Assembly: GCA_038213495.1 (NCBI GenBank)
Contig: JBBQSY010000005.1
Coordinates: 1,742 to 65,741, forward strand
Source: Bacteroidales bacterium
GTDB taxonomy: Bacteria > Bacteroidota > Bacteroidia > Bacteroidales > UBA4417
Direction: 5' to 3'
Length of the DNA stretch: 64,000 bases
Shown: piece after piece, positions 1-10,741 of the stretch
How positions within the stretch are numbered: position 1 is the first letter of the stretch
How the letters are laid out: every line of letters starts with the position of its first letter
Program-made: the position numbers and the translations under genes
Notes under the pieces: model-generated
Database searches by the model: none
What the model was told of the DNA's origin: nothing
What the model saw: the letters and a program-made list of their open reading frames with translations, nothing else

Positions 1-165
1 ATCGCCGCTTCATCGGTTACCTATATCATCCCAATCTTTGCTATAATGTGGGGTGTACTCTATGGCGAAAAAGTGAGCCTGCTCCATATTATTTGCATGA
101 GCATTATACTGGCCGGCGTATACCTGATTAACTGGAAAAAACGTATCAGAGTGAGAAGTGTTTGA
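1..165 (+). CDS. DMT/EamA family transporter, C-terminal fragment (5' end outside window)
   Basis: Frame 1 translates IAASSVTYIIPIFAIMWGVLYGEKVSLLHIICMSIILAGVYLINWKK..., a typical EamA C-terminal pattern (S.V.Y..P..A..WG....E); stop TGA at 163-165. Confidence 0.8.
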   Translation: MAASSVTYIIPIFAIMWGVLYGEKVSLLHIICMSIILAGVYLINWKKRIRVRSV

Positions 166-683
166 CTAAAATTTGTTGAAATAAGAAATTGAGAATATAG
201 GAGATAAAAGAATAAATAATAATTTTTCCTTTAACCAGCAAGGATAATCGCACCAGGATTGATCTTTAGAATAGATATCTTTTTTGATATGATTTTCATT
301 ACGAAAACATTCAATAGATGCAAAATCAAAGTTCAGGAATCAAAAAGAGTATTTAAAGGCTTATGTTTTCCGAAGGAAATACAAGGACATCAATTATCAG
401 TCAGGTTTTTCTTTTAATAATATGAGAATAGTAAATGAAAATAGTATTTTGCATCAAATATTTGATTTGTTCTGCCCTTTACGCTTTGGAGTGAACTCAT
501 TTTACCCCTCATTCGAATGCTTTGCGGAATGGATTGAATTTGCTTGGTTAAATGTTTGGAGATGATACAACTACCTGAACCATCATTCCAGTTGCTAAGT
601 TTAGCATGAGCCATGTAAAATAGAGTGCAGGGCGGTTTTTTTATTTTATAATCTCGATGCTTCAATATCCTCAAGCATATTTA

Positions 684-833
684 TTATTTGTTACAAATTA
701 TCAAAGCTCCGATAACACCTGGAACCCAGGCACATAACGTGAGCAGAAAAACTATTATAATTGAGCCGCATCCCTTATCTATCACGGCGAGCGGAGGGAA
801 TACAATACAAAGAATTACGCGCCATAATGACAT
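684..833 (-). CDS. YqaE/Pmp3 family small membrane protein (49 aa; below the ORF-track cutoff)
   Basis: Manual translation MSLWRVILCIVFPPLAVIDKGCGSIIIVFLLTLCAWVPGVIGALIICNK; PPLAV and W.PG.I.A motifs of the Pmp3 family. Confidence 0.9.
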   Translation of the reverse strand: MSLWRVILCIVFPPLAVIDKGCGSIIIVFLLTLCAWVPGVIGALIICNK

Positions 834-880
834 TATTCAGATATTAAGTCAGTTGGATTTTTTTTTTATTGAAGTACGAA

Positions 881-981
881 TTTAATGATTTTTTGGTTTA
901 AATCCCCGACCCTCTGGGTCGGAAGCAAATAAAAAAGTCATTTTGATACCTCGAGGCTCTGCCTCGGGGTCATTCATTAAA
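881..981. repeat. ~100-bp MITE/REP-like element with two GC-rich hairpins
   Basis: Terminal inverted repeat TTTAATGA (881-888)/TCATTAAA (974-981); internal hairpins CCGACCC-TCT-GGGTCGG (906-922) and ACCTCGAGGC-TCT-GCCTCGGGGT (948-970) in an AT-rich intergenic region. Confidence 0.55.
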
Positions 982-1098
982 CTTCGAAGAAAATGATGCG
1001 TAAAAAACATTCAAATATTTTTTAGTATGAAAAATTAATAGTACCTTTAGCTTTTTGAGTTACAGGGCATTATGTTATGTCTGATAAAATGTAAAATT

Positions 1099-1266
1099 AT
1101 GAGTGAGAAAAGGAGCAATAATTATGAATCACCAAATATCAGTAAACTACAGGCTGTTATTATAGATCACAAGACCACCATATATATTGCACAGGATGCT
1201 GATCCCATTGAGGCAAAAAGCCGGTATTTATCCCGGATCAGTCATAAAGCAATAGTACTTTCCTGA
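1099..1266 (+). CDS. Small hypothetical protein (55 aa)
   Basis: ATG at 1099 within ORF 1072-1266; MSEKRSNNYESPNISKLQAVIIDHKTTIYIAQDADPIEAKSRYLSR has protein-like composition. Confidence 0.5.
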   Translation: MSEKRSNNYESPNISKLQAVIIDHKTTIYIAQDADPIEAKSRYLSRISHKAIVLS

Positions 1267-1994
1267 AATAATATTTTGATCCCTGACTTGGCACGAAGTT
1301 GTGTATCATATTAACACGATGCCCAATTTCCTGATTAGTTTTTGTGTTTGAGCTGAAATTTCGTTCAGGTGCCAGATGACATTGATTCTTATTTTCTCTA
1401 CATCCGTGAGCAACTGTTTGTAATAGTTGACAGAAATCTTTTTAATCAGATTTTGATTATTTTCCCTCAGCTGAATGGTTTGCCATGCTTTAATACCAAT
1501 GTGAACTTTATAATAGGCCAAAGGCCATTTTAAAATTCTACAGTGGTAAATACCGATCAGAAATTCGTTTAGTTCTCCCGGTATTTATCAGGATGGACCA
1601 TTATGAATTTCGTATCGGAATAAATTCAATTTCAGGAATACACAAATGATAAAGATCTGGTTTTTATCATTTTGATTTCAGTGCCTTTCTTGCAACGAAA
1701 GCAAGAAGCGAGGACATCGCATACAAGATAACGCAATTATAACAAAGTATATAAGTATGTCAGTCACCGAATGTGATCTCCTTTCTACGGCACTAAATAA
1801 ATAGCTTAGAAAAGTACTTTACAATATAAACCAATCATGTTCTTTGAAGAGATTAACAACATCTTCAATATTTTAAATCAGGTAATTTTATTATAAAGAC
1901 ATTTTAGAGCGTATAAATTATCAGAATAAGCGAGTCGTTTAACTATCCTGGAATGTCAGAATACTTTTATCATCCTGGCTTTGGAAGGTTTGTA

Positions 1995-3104
1995 TTATTT
2001 TTTCTCCTCAGTTCCGGATGCAGCGGTGTTTTGTATTTTGAGTTTATCTTTTTTGGTAATACCTGAAAGTATCTCAACATTTATACCATCGCTAAGACCT
2101 GTTTTAATAATCCTTTTCTTGAATACCTGTGGTGAAGATTCCACTTCGACTGAAGCCGTGTCACTTTCATATTTCACAAGGCTTTCCTGGACCGAGAGTA
2201 CGCTGTCGCGGCTTTCGAGCACTATATCGGCATTTGCACTATAACCGGCACGGATAAACAATTTGTCCTTCAGTTCAACTGCAGCACGGATTTCAAACTG
2301 TATGGCACCGTTTTCTTCAACACCTTTTGGTGAAATGTGCTCAAGCCTGGCGGTAAATTTCTCAGTGTCAATGGCACCAATTGTCATGATGAGTTCCATC
2401 CCCTCATGAAGTTTTCCAACTTCAGATTCATCAACTTTACCCTTAAAAATCATTTCTCCCATATCGGCAACGGTAGCTATTGTAGTCCCATCATTAAAAG
2501 TATTGCTTTCAATAACAGAGTTACCTATCTCAACCGGCACAGTGAGAACCATTCCTTCAATGGTTGAACGAATGATGGTGTTACTGACAGCTCCGGCAGT
2601 TTTTGTAATACCATCGCGAATCAGCTGAAGGTTATTTTCAGCCGCATCCACATCTTCGTGTGCAGTCTTCAGGGCAACTTCGTAGGTCTGCATTTCTGCC
2701 AGGGCAATTACCCTGCTGTCATAAAGTGGTTTCTGACGGTTATAGTTTTGCTGAGCGTTATCAAGGTTGATTTTTGCCCGGTTTACCCGCGATTCAGCCT
2801 CATTCAGGTTTATCATATTCGGTATGATCCGCACTTTGGCTATCATATCACCCTTTCTGACTTTCTGCCCGGCTTCGACATACAATTCGGAAATTATACC
2901 GGAAACCTGAGGTTTTATCTCAATTTCTTTACGTGGAACCACTTTACCTGTTGCTACGGTTTTCTTTACAATATTGGTAATCTGTGCTGTGGTTGTATCA
3001 AATATCACTGGTTTAGCCTGGGATTTCTGATACAGATATGCTATAGTGCCAATAAATACCACCAGGATTAAGATTCCAATCACTATTTTTAAAGCCTTTT
3101 TCAT
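1995..3104 (-). CDS. Efflux transporter periplasmic adaptor (MacA/HlyD-like membrane fusion protein)
   Basis: N-terminal TM anchor, lipoyl-like IKPQVSGIISELYVEAGQKVRKGD motif, coiled-coil hairpin, C-terminal TGLSDG..VEI motif; likely start MKKALK at 3104. Confidence 0.92.
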   Translation of the reverse strand: MKKALKIVIGILILVVFIGTIAYLYQKSQAKPVIFDTTTAQITNIVKKTVATGKVVPRKEIEIKPQVSGIISELYVEAGQKVRKGDMIAKVRIIPNMINLNEAESRVNRAKINLDNAQQNYNRQKPLYDSRVIALAEMQTYEVALKTAHEDVDAAENNLQLIRDGITKTAGAVSNTIIRSTIEGMVLTVPVEIGNSVIESNTFNDGTTIATVADMGEMIFKGKVDESEVGKLHEGMELIMTIGAIDTEKFTARLEHISPKGVEENGAIQFEIRAAVELKDKLFIRAGYSANADIVLESRDSVLSVQESLVKYESDTASVEVESSPQVFKKRIIKTGLSDGINVEILSGITKKDKLKIQNTAASGTEEKK

Positions 3105-3137
3105 TGTATGCTGATCTTTTTGGGTTAACAAAACTGT

Positions 3138-4403
3138 TTATTCATATCTGAGTGCATCGATCGGTTTAATGCTCACGGCCTTTCGGGCAGGAATCAAGCC
3201 GGCAATGGCTCCTGAAATCACCAGGATAAACAGGGCTGTTATTGCCATTTTGAAATCAATGCTGGGGTTTTTAAACATATTAGACTCGGCTCCGCTTGAA
3301 GAAAGCACATAATTTACGCCTTCGAGAATTCCAACCCCGATAACTAGTCCAACATATCCGGCGAAAGTTGTGAGGAATACCGATTCGGTAATGATTTGAG
3401 ATATTATATTCCAGGGTTTTGCACCAATAGCCCGCTGAATGCCAATCTCCTTGGTTCGTTCTTTAACAATCACAAGCATAATATTGCTGATCCCAATCAC
3501 GCCGGCAAGCAAGGTGCCAATGCCCACAATCCATATCAGACCGTTGATTCCGGTAAAGAGGCCTGTCATTTGATTATATTGTTTTTCCATATTAAATGAA
3601 CCTATAGCCTGCGGGTCGTCCGGCGATACTGAATGGCGGCGCTTGAGCAGGGCTGCTGCCTTCTCTTCGACAACCGAAGCAGGTGTTCCAGGTTTGGAAG
3701 TAAAAGCAAACCAGCCAATCACATCTCCCCAGTTATACACCCGTTGAAAAGTAGTCAGAGGAATAAAGACACTTTGTTCTTTATCACCACCAAAATTAAC
3801 CCCTGAGTTTTTAGGTTTAAAGACTCCGACAACCTGGAAATAGATGCCTTGTATCTGTATATATTGTCCAATTGCCTCTTCACCCGGGGCAAATAATACT
3901 TCATAAACCTTATTTCCTATGACTGCAACTTTGCGTTTTTCTTTTAAATCGGCATGGTTGAGAAACCTGCCATTATTTACTACAACAGGGTCAATCAGGT
4001 TCCATTCTGGATAGTCGCCCATCACTGCGAAAGCGCCTGATTTTGCGCCACGCATTACATTATTGCCTCCCTGAAATCCGCCACCCTGGGTTCGGGGGGC
4101 CAGGTACTCAATTTCGGGGATTTCGCGCCGTAAAGCATCAATATCGTCATTTTTGAAATTGTATTGTCTTGCTCTCGGGAGCCCTTTGTATGGAATAGTA
4201 GTCGGACGAGTCCACATAAACACGCTGTTGGTTGCAAAATCGCCGAAATCGCTGGTAACACCGTTGCGGAGCCCATTGCCGGAACCAAGCATAATTACCA
4301 GCATAAACACGCCCCAGAACACGCCAAAGGCCGTGAAGAAGGTGCGAAGTTTGTTCTTCTTCAGCGCACTCATAATTTCCTGCCAGCGGTCGAGGTCAAA
4401 CAT
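3138..4403 (-). CDS. ABC transporter permease, MacB/FtsX family
   Basis: NKLRTFFTAFGVFWG N-terminus, GISNIMLVIVKERTKEIGIQRAIGA and PARKA..IKPIDALRYE motifs. Confidence 0.95.
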   Translation of the reverse strand: MFDLDRWQEIMSALKKNKLRTFFTAFGVFWGVFMLVIMLGSGNGLRNGVTSDFGDFATNSVFMWTRPTTIPYKGLPRARQYNFKNDDIDALRREIPEIEYLAPRTQGGGFQGGNNVMRGAKSGAFAVMGDYPEWNLIDPVVVNNGRFLNHADLKEKRKVAVIGNKVYEVLFAPGEEAIGQYIQIQGIYFQVVGVFKPKNSGVNFGGDKEQSVFIPLTTFQRVYNWGDVIGWFAFTSKPGTPASVVEEKAAALLKRRHSVSPDDPQAIGSFNMEKQYNQMTGLFTGINGLIWIVGIGTLLAGVIGISNIMLVIVKERTKEIGIQRAIGAKPWNIISQIITESVFLTTFAGYVGLVIGVGILEGVNYVLSSSGAESNMFKNPSIDFKMAITALFILVISGAIAGLIPARKAVSIKPIDALRYE

Positions 4404-4645
4404 GTCTTTGGTTTAATGATAATGTTTTTAGCAAAATGTTCCAGAGTTTCAATGTTCATTCAGTTGTTTAGAAAAGCTTAGTGATTCTTCATGCATTTAG
4501 GTCTTAAGTGGTTAAAAAGTTTCAAGTTTCATGATGGTTAAATGCATTTATTTTCCCCTTATTATTAATTTATAATAATGAAATTCTCGCAGGTCTTCCC
4601 TTCTCCCTGTCTCAAACCGAATTCTGACATCCGACATCAGAAAAT

Positions 4646-5881
4646 CTACTCATCGCGAAGCGCCTCAATCGGTTTAATAGCTGCAGCTTTCCTGGCAGGT
4701 ATAAATCCTGCAAGGGCCCCACTGAGCACCAGCAAAAGCAAGGCATACAGTGCTATACCCAAATCAACTGAAGGTCGCGAGAAAAACGGAGATTCTATTT
4801 TACTTCCAATGGTTTCAAGAACCACAACACCCAGCACCAATCCAAAGTAACCCGCAAAAGAGGTTATAAGCACAGATTCCTGCAGAATCAGGCTGATGAT
4901 GCTCCAGGGCGTTGCACCCATGGATTTACGGATACCGATTTCCTTGGTACGGTCTTTTACCACTATCATCATGATATTGCTTACACCAACAATTCCGGCA
5001 ATAATGGTACCGAATCCGATGATCCAGATAAAGATCCTGATACTGGAAAATAAACGCATGAATTTCTGATATTCTTCCAGGCTGTTCCATGTGAAGATAG
5101 CACGAGGGTCAGTGGGATCGAATTTATGAAGTGTTGCCAGTTTGGTCCTTACATTTTGTTCAATTAGCTTGCTCTCCTCAACCGAAGCATCCCCTACTGT
5201 TAAAGCAATGGTATTGATGCGGTTGTCACCCGAAAATACCCGCTGTGCTGTACTGATCGGAAGGTATATCAGGCGCATATTGTCATCGCCTCTGTTATCG
5301 TCGTCGGTAAAGGTTCCCACCACCTTAAACGGAACACCATTCACATTGATGTATTTGCCCATCGGGTCTTCCCCTTTGAATAAAGCTTCCTCGACCATGG
5401 TGCTGATGGTGGTTACCTTTCGGAATTCGTCGATGTCGGGCTGGTTTATATATCTGCCTTTAATTATTTTTATCTTTTCGATCTCACCATAATCCGGGTA
5501 AACATTCCTTACATTGAAACTCCCAAACTGTTTTTTATAGGATAATGTGTTGGTTCCCCAGATATTGTATCGCGATGAACTCTTGTCAATTCCTTTGACC
5601 GTTCTTTTAACTGCATCGTAATCCTCATTCACCAGTTGAATGTTTCTTCCTGGTTTCATGCCTTTATATGCCATGCTCGTTTGCCCGTTCCAAACCCATA
5701 TTGTATTGGTTGCCGACGATTCGAACTGCTTCTGCACCCCATTCTGCAAACCGTTGCCTGAACCGAGCAGGATCATAAGCATAAAAATTCCCCATGCCAC
5801 ACTGAAGCCCGTAAGGAATGTCCTGAGCTTATTCTTGCTGATGGTACTGAAGATTTCCTGCCATTTATCCGTATCGAACAT
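4646..5881 (-). CDS. ABC transporter permease, MacB/FtsX family (paralog of 3138-4403)
   Basis: NKLRTFLTGFSVAWG, GVSNIMMIVVKDRTKEIGIRKSMGA, PARKAAAIKPIEALRDE. Confidence 0.95.
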   Translation of the reverse strand: MFDTDKWQEIFSTISKNKLRTFLTGFSVAWGIFMLMILLGSGNGLQNGVQKQFESSATNTIWVWNGQTSMAYKGMKPGRNIQLVNEDYDAVKRTVKGIDKSSSRYNIWGTNTLSYKKQFGSFNVRNVYPDYGEIEKIKIIKGRYINQPDIDEFRKVTTISTMVEEALFKGEDPMGKYINVNGVPFKVVGTFTDDDNRGDDNMRLIYLPISTAQRVFSGDNRINTIALTVGDASVEESKLIEQNVRTKLATLHKFDPTDPRAIFTWNSLEEYQKFMRLFSSIRIFIWIIGFGTIIAGIVGVSNIMMIVVKDRTKEIGIRKSMGATPWSIISLILQESVLITSFAGYFGLVLGVVVLETIGSKIESPFFSRPSVDLGIALYALLLLVLSGALAGFIPARKAAAIKPIEALRDE

Positions 5882-6062
5882 TATTTTTAGTTTTAGTCTC
5901 TTCTAAAAAAAATCAAAGTACAAAGGTTTTACTAATCAGGGTTCGGATTATATACTCTCGTTATGGTGTTTTTTTTTGAGTACAGCCATGGTTTACTAAG
6001 GGAGGCTATAATCTGCATTTTGAACTGGAATTCTCAACATGGTACTTTGTTGACATATTTTA

Positions 6063-6758
6063 TCAGGCAACTCCCGCGTTTTCCCCATTATGAACCTCAC
6101 TTTCAATCAGCCCGTCTTTCAGGTGGATGATGCGGTTAGTCATATGCGAGATGTCGTTTTCGTGTGTTACAATAATGATGGTGATGCCCTCTTTATTGAT
6201 TTCCTTTAGTATCTGCATCACTTCGAAGGAAGTAGTAGTGTCTAGAGCTCCGGTAGGCTCATCAGCAAGGATTACTTTCGGCTTCGAAATCAGTGCGCGG
6301 GCAATAGCAATGCGTTGTTTTTGTCCACCCGACAACTCATTTGGCATATGCTCAGCCCATTCGGCTAGTCCCATACGCTCAAGATATTCCATAGCAATGC
6401 GGTTGCGTTTTTTACGACTGACATTCTGATAATACAGAGGTAAAGCAACATTTTCCATAGCGTTTTTAAACGAAATCAGGTTGAAGGATTGGAAGACAAA
6501 CCCAATATACTGGTTTCGCAGTCCGGCAGCTTTGGTTTCGCTCTGGTTACCAATAAGAGTATTGTCAAGATAATATTCTCCTGTATCATGCCCGTCGAGG
6601 ATTCCTACAATATTCAGAAGTGTCGATTTCCCGGAACCTGAAGATCCCATAATGGACACAAACTCTCCGGCCTGAATATTGAGGTCAATACCCTTTAAAA
6701 CATGCAATTTATTGTTGCCCGTGATGTATGATTTATTAATTCCGTTCAGACGGATCAT
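6063..6758 (-). CDS. ABC transporter ATP-binding protein (MacB/LolD-like)
   Basis: Walker A GSSGSGKS, signature LSGGQ, Walker B ILADEPT, H-loop VTH. Confidence 0.97.
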   Translation of the reverse strand: MIRLNGINKSYITGNNKLHVLKGIDLNIQAGEFVSIMGSSGSGKSTLLNIVGILDGHDTGEYYLDNTLIGNQSETKAAGLRNQYIGFVFQSFNLISFKNAMENVALPLYYQNVSRKKRNRIAMEYLERMGLAEWAEHMPNELSGGQKQRIAIARALISKPKVILADEPTGALDTTTSFEVMQILKEINKEGITIIIVTHENDISHMTNRIIHLKDGLIESEVHNGENAGVA

Positions 6759-6952
6759 GACTTTGTTGTTTTTATTCAGATGAGGAATTGTATGTTTAAA
6801 AATTCCTCCGATTCCTCATTATATCCTGCAAACGCGGTCACTTTTTATGGCAAAAGGCCAATAGCTCAGTTCTCAATAGAGTACCCTTTATAAACGATGA
6901 AAACCTTTAACTAGTATTCAGTTTTTATAAAACCAGCGTGCATATATCTTCT

Positions 6953-6978
6953 GACGTAAAAAGTCCGGATAAGTTACA
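6953..6978 (-). promoter_or_regulatory. Putative ECF-sigma promoter of the ABC exporter operon
   Basis: Minus strand reads TGTAAC-N16-CGTC, matching the general ECF AAC...CGT architecture, ~200 bp upstream of the ATPase start. Confidence 0.5.
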
Positions 6979-7498
6979 TAACGTAATGATTTTTATTATG
7001 AAGGAAAAGTTGTGGCATTTTCAATTTGAATTCCATTCTCTAATTCTGAGACCTGATTTTCGGATACCCGCTCTTTAAAGCTTTTTTTACCAAGGTTTTA
7101 TTTTTCTTTGGAATTTTAGAGAAGATCTACCAATTAATCCGTTTTATAGAAACTATAACAGATAAAGTCAAAAAGTTATTTTTAGAAGATTTATTTAGTG
7201 AAGTATCGGAAATGAAGCACAGAATGGATTATGCTGTGGTCAAAAGACAAAAACACGTAGAATACCTGTTCAGGTTTTTTTGCACTTTTTTATTAACCCG
7301 GTTTTAGAGTTATTCATATAGATTTATTTTGATAAACAATATACAGCTATGAGATTGAAAAACAACAGGATGTCGGAACAGTTATATTTTCTGTTGAAAT
7401 TTTGGTAAACAATAATAATCTTGATATACTAATTTGAAATCAAGGTTCACTGATTTATTATCCAAAATGTAATTTGATCTGTTTAAGTTCTTCAGGAA

Positions 7499-8320
7499 CT
7501 ATTCCTGTACTGTAATCCTATTCCTGAAGAATTCGAAATGAAATCCAATGGCCGATTTCCAAAATGCATAATCATGTGCTCCGGGACTCGAAATATAGGT
7601 TGCTTTAACTTCACTCTCGTCGCATTTTACCCTGAAATTGTTATTTATTTTATAAAACGGATCAGTGGTGCCACAACTGAAAATGATCTCTTTCCCTGAT
7701 CTGAATATTTTGTCGATATTCCCGGATACGGAATAGGCTGTTAAAACTTTTTCGTCAGAGGGGCCAGCTTTTAATCCTAAATATTCGCTTATCCGGTAAT
7801 CATTCCTGTTGTGACTTAAATCCAGCACGCCACTCAGGCTACCGGCACTTCTGAAAAGTTCGGGTTTCTGTTCGAACAGGTATAAAGCACCATGTCCGCC
7901 CATACTCAAGCCTGTGATAAAAACATTTTTGCTGTCAATGTGATACGTTTTTGATATAAAAGGCATAAGGTCAAGGAAGAAAAAATCAGCATATTGACTT
8001 TGTTTTATGGCCGGGCTGTTGATATACCACGAATCATAAAGTCCGTCGGGACAAATAATAACAAAGCCATATTTATCGGCATATCTCTGGCAATCCATGA
8101 TATCATTCCATTGATGGTACGTGCCACTCCAGCCGTGTAATAGATATATCAGGGGATATGACTTAGCCGGGTTTGCTGAATAGTCGGATGGCGTAAATAC
8201 CCAGACCGTATCGGGTTTTGCAATATTCTTTGAAGCCAGTATGAATTGTTTCTGAGCAGATACACCTGAAATCAGGGTAACCAGGATTGCCAGGGTTAAA
8301 AGTATATTTCTCATTCTCAT
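7499..8320 (-). CDS. Secreted alpha/beta-hydrolase esterase (CE1/tributyrin esterase-like)
   Basis: Signal peptide, YLLHG, nucleophile elbow GLSMGG, C-terminal GAHDYAFW. Confidence 0.9.
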   Translation of the reverse strand: MRMRNILLTLAILVTLISGVSAQKQFILASKNIAKPDTVWVFTPSDYSANPAKSYPLIYLLHGWSGTYHQWNDIMDCQRYADKYGFVIICPDGLYDSWYINSPAIKQSQYADFFFLDLMPFISKTYHIDSKNVFITGLSMGGHGALYLFEQKPELFRSAGSLSGVLDLSHNRNDYRISEYLGLKAGPSDEKVLTAYSVSGNIDKIFRSGKEIIFSCGTTDPFYKINNNFRVKCDESEVKATYISSPGAHDYAFWKSAIGFHFEFFRNRITVQE

Positions 8321-8348
8321 TTGAAGTATGGTTTTTCAGAACGATAGG

Positions 8349-9491
8349 TTATTTCTCAAAAATTCTCTTTAGCGGAACTCTCAGGAAAACAGGCCGATAT
8401 TTGCTGGCATCCTGAAATACATCTTCTACTTCGAAACTATTTATACATTGAGAAATCAGCAATTCCCCGTTGGTAATAAATTGCGGATGCGCGAGGCTGT
8501 TGTATGCAAACAGATTTTTGGTTGATATTACTTCATCCGGAAGCCGGGTGTTACACAGAACCTTCCTGTTTTTCCATCCCGTAAATGGAGAATCAGAATA
8601 ATAGGAACAGATTTCCCCACTCATAAATCCCCCTTCCTGCACCAGTAGCACATATTTATTTTTAATTCGAAATACACTGAACTGTTCCGATCCTTGTATA
8701 GCCAGCATAGGCTTTGCGAGTTTGGAGTCCCTTACCCAATCTTCACCGGTATAAAACTCCCAAGGAGCTAAAATGTCATTTTTTGGGGCACGGGCTACAT
8801 ACAGGTTTTTACTCTTGTCTTCTGCACCGTATATAAACGTGTATTTCTTATCCCCGTCGCATACGGCATGCCCCCAATGAACTTCTTTTTCTCCGGGGTA
8901 CGAAAAATGGTCAATTCGTTCCAGTTTGATATCAGGAAGTGAAAAAGTTGCAATATTCGCACTTACCCACCTGAATCCCCAGTTCCCGGGAATTGCCTGG
9001 TAAAATGCAGTCATGAATACTTTTAACTTGCCGTTCTCGATAAAGCCGTCACCCGGCCAATACCAGAGAGAATCTTCCGAAAACTGCTTTCCTTTAGGAG
9101 CGCCGGGGGGAATTACCAGGGAGGATTCCCATCCATCAATCACATTGTAAAGTGTGTACAAAGAATCTCCATCCTGCACTGCCATGCAGTTACGTATAAA
9201 CCAGGGGGTTCTTTTGTCGCGCGACCTGTCAGGTTTAACTGTCCCCAGGAATGAATCGCCAAAGATCCAGACCGTGCGACCGTCAGGAAGAAGAACCGAA
9301 TATTCTCCGTCGGCACCTGTTACCCCACAACAGTCGCGTGCAAATAACCTGGTAAATCTTTGATCAACTGTTGCTTTACCTGCTTCCGATTTGGCAGTGC
9401 TCGGATTTTGTCCGGTGGCAAATCCACCCGAAAAAAAAGTTAAAATCACTATTATAAATACCTGGATTCTCCTGTGTAGTAGCTTTCCCAT
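8349..9491 (-). CDS. DUF5005/DUF4185-like beta-propeller protein, exported
   Basis: Signal peptide; GADGEYSVLLPDGRTVWIFGDSF, WYWPGDG, YNSLAHP and YRP.F motifs. Confidence 0.75.
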   Translation of the reverse strand: MGKLLHRRIQVFIIVILTFFSGGFATGQNPSTAKSEAGKATVDQRFTRLFARDCCGVTGADGEYSVLLPDGRTVWIFGDSFLGTVKPDRSRDKRTPWFIRNCMAVQDGDSLYTLYNVIDGWESSLVIPPGAPKGKQFSEDSLWYWPGDGFIENGKLKVFMTAFYQAIPGNWGFRWVSANIATFSLPDIKLERIDHFSYPGEKEVHWGHAVCDGDKKYTFIYGAEDKSKNLYVARAPKNDILAPWEFYTGEDWVRDSKLAKPMLAIQGSEQFSVFRIKNKYVLLVQEGGFMSGEICSYYSDSPFTGWKNRKVLCNTRLPDEVISTKNLFAYNSLAHPQFITNGELLISQCINSFEVEDVFQDASKYRPVFLRVPLKRIFEK

Positions 9492-9581
9492 TTTGAACTG
9501 GATTCAACTTTATTGTTATTATTCAGTATTAGTTTTACCCCGACAGCTTAATTTGTGGATCTTGTAAATGTCCATTACCAT

Positions 9582-10730
9582 CTATTCCTTCATTGCATAA
9601 TACGTTGCAAAACCTACATAAGAAATACATGCAAGTAAAACATATATACTTGCCGTAATCGAAAACATATCACTTAATAATCCTGCGACAGGAGGAATGA
9701 TGGCGCCGCCGCAAACGGCAAGTATAATCAGTCCCGAAAGTTCGTTGGCATAATCAGGTTTTCGCTGAACAATAATCGCGAACATGATTGGGAATACATT
9801 TGAAAATCCAAACCCGGCAACAAAGATCATGATCCTCGAAATCAACAGGTCATGGCTGATGATTATTCCTATGAGTCCGATTAATGCAATTAAAGTGCTT
9901 GCTACCAGGGATAATTTCGCATCTGCTTTCCGAAGAAGAAATGCTCCGATGAACCGGCCAGCCATGAGTGAAGCGAAATAAATACTGATCCCTAAACTTG
10001 CGGATTCAATACTGATTGAAAAGCGATTGCTCAAAAAATTGGCGATACTTGTGTTCATCGTTACATCAAAACCAACCATAAAAAATATGGCGAATACCAT
10101 GATCAGTATATACGGGTTTTTTAACAATAAAAATACGCTTCGGATAGTCGCTCTTGCCTTATCTGGTTTCGACTCTTCAATTTTTACGGAGTTTAACCAT
10201 AACGCTGAAGAAAATGATAGGATTGCATATACCGGAAAAATATACTTCCAGTCTCCTGTATAAAGTGCCAGGCCCGCTGCAAGAATGGGACCTAACATGG
10301 ATGCTATTGCTTTGATAAATTGTGATAAACTAAGGTTGGCGGCTTTTCCTTCATCCGAAGAAATATCAAGTAAGAGTGGGTTGGCTGATACCTGGAGTAT
10401 GGTGTTGCCTATCCCTAACACTGCAAATCCTATAATAGCTGTTAATAAAGAGTAATAAAAAAAAGGAATCAGAACGCCAAGTCCTGTTATCACCATCCCA
10501 ATATTTACAGTAAGGCGTTTCCCCCTATTATCCTGGAACACCCCGGTTGGTATGGCTAAGAGTGCAAACCAAATAAAAACCATGAAAGGAAGTATTTGAG
10601 CTACGCCATTTGAAAGTCCGAAATCCTTTTTTATGTAACCTGTGGCGAGGCCAACCACATCAACAAATCCCATTACATAGAATGAGAAGATTACCGGTAA
10701 AAATTGTTTGATTGAGGTTTCCTTTTTCAT
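9582..10730 (-). CDS. MFS sugar transporter (FucP/GluP-like)
   Basis: Multiple hydrophobic helices; GNTILQVSANP, SQFIKAIAS and GGAIIP motifs. Confidence 0.9.
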   Translation of the reverse strand: MKKETSIKQFLPVIFSFYVMGFVDVVGLATGYIKKDFGLSNGVAQILPFMVFIWFALLAIPTGVFQDNRGKRLTVNIGMVITGLGVLIPFFYYSLLTAIIGFAVLGIGNTILQVSANPLLLDISSDEGKAANLSLSQFIKAIASMLGPILAAGLALYTGDWKYIFPVYAILSFSSALWLNSVKIEESKPDKARATIRSVFLLLKNPYILIMVFAIFFMVGFDVTMNTSIANFLSNRFSISIESASLGISIYFASLMAGRFIGAFLLRKADAKLSLVASTLIALIGLIGIIISHDLLISRIMIFVAGFGFSNVFPIMFAIIVQRKPDYANELSGLIILAVCGGAIIPPVAGLLSDMFSITASIYVLLACISYVGFATYYAMKE

Positions 10731-10741
10731 AGATTTTTGTT

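Noticed and set aside
688..885. 65-aa plus-strand ORF
   Set aside because: Antisense shadow of the Pmp3-family gene at 684-833.
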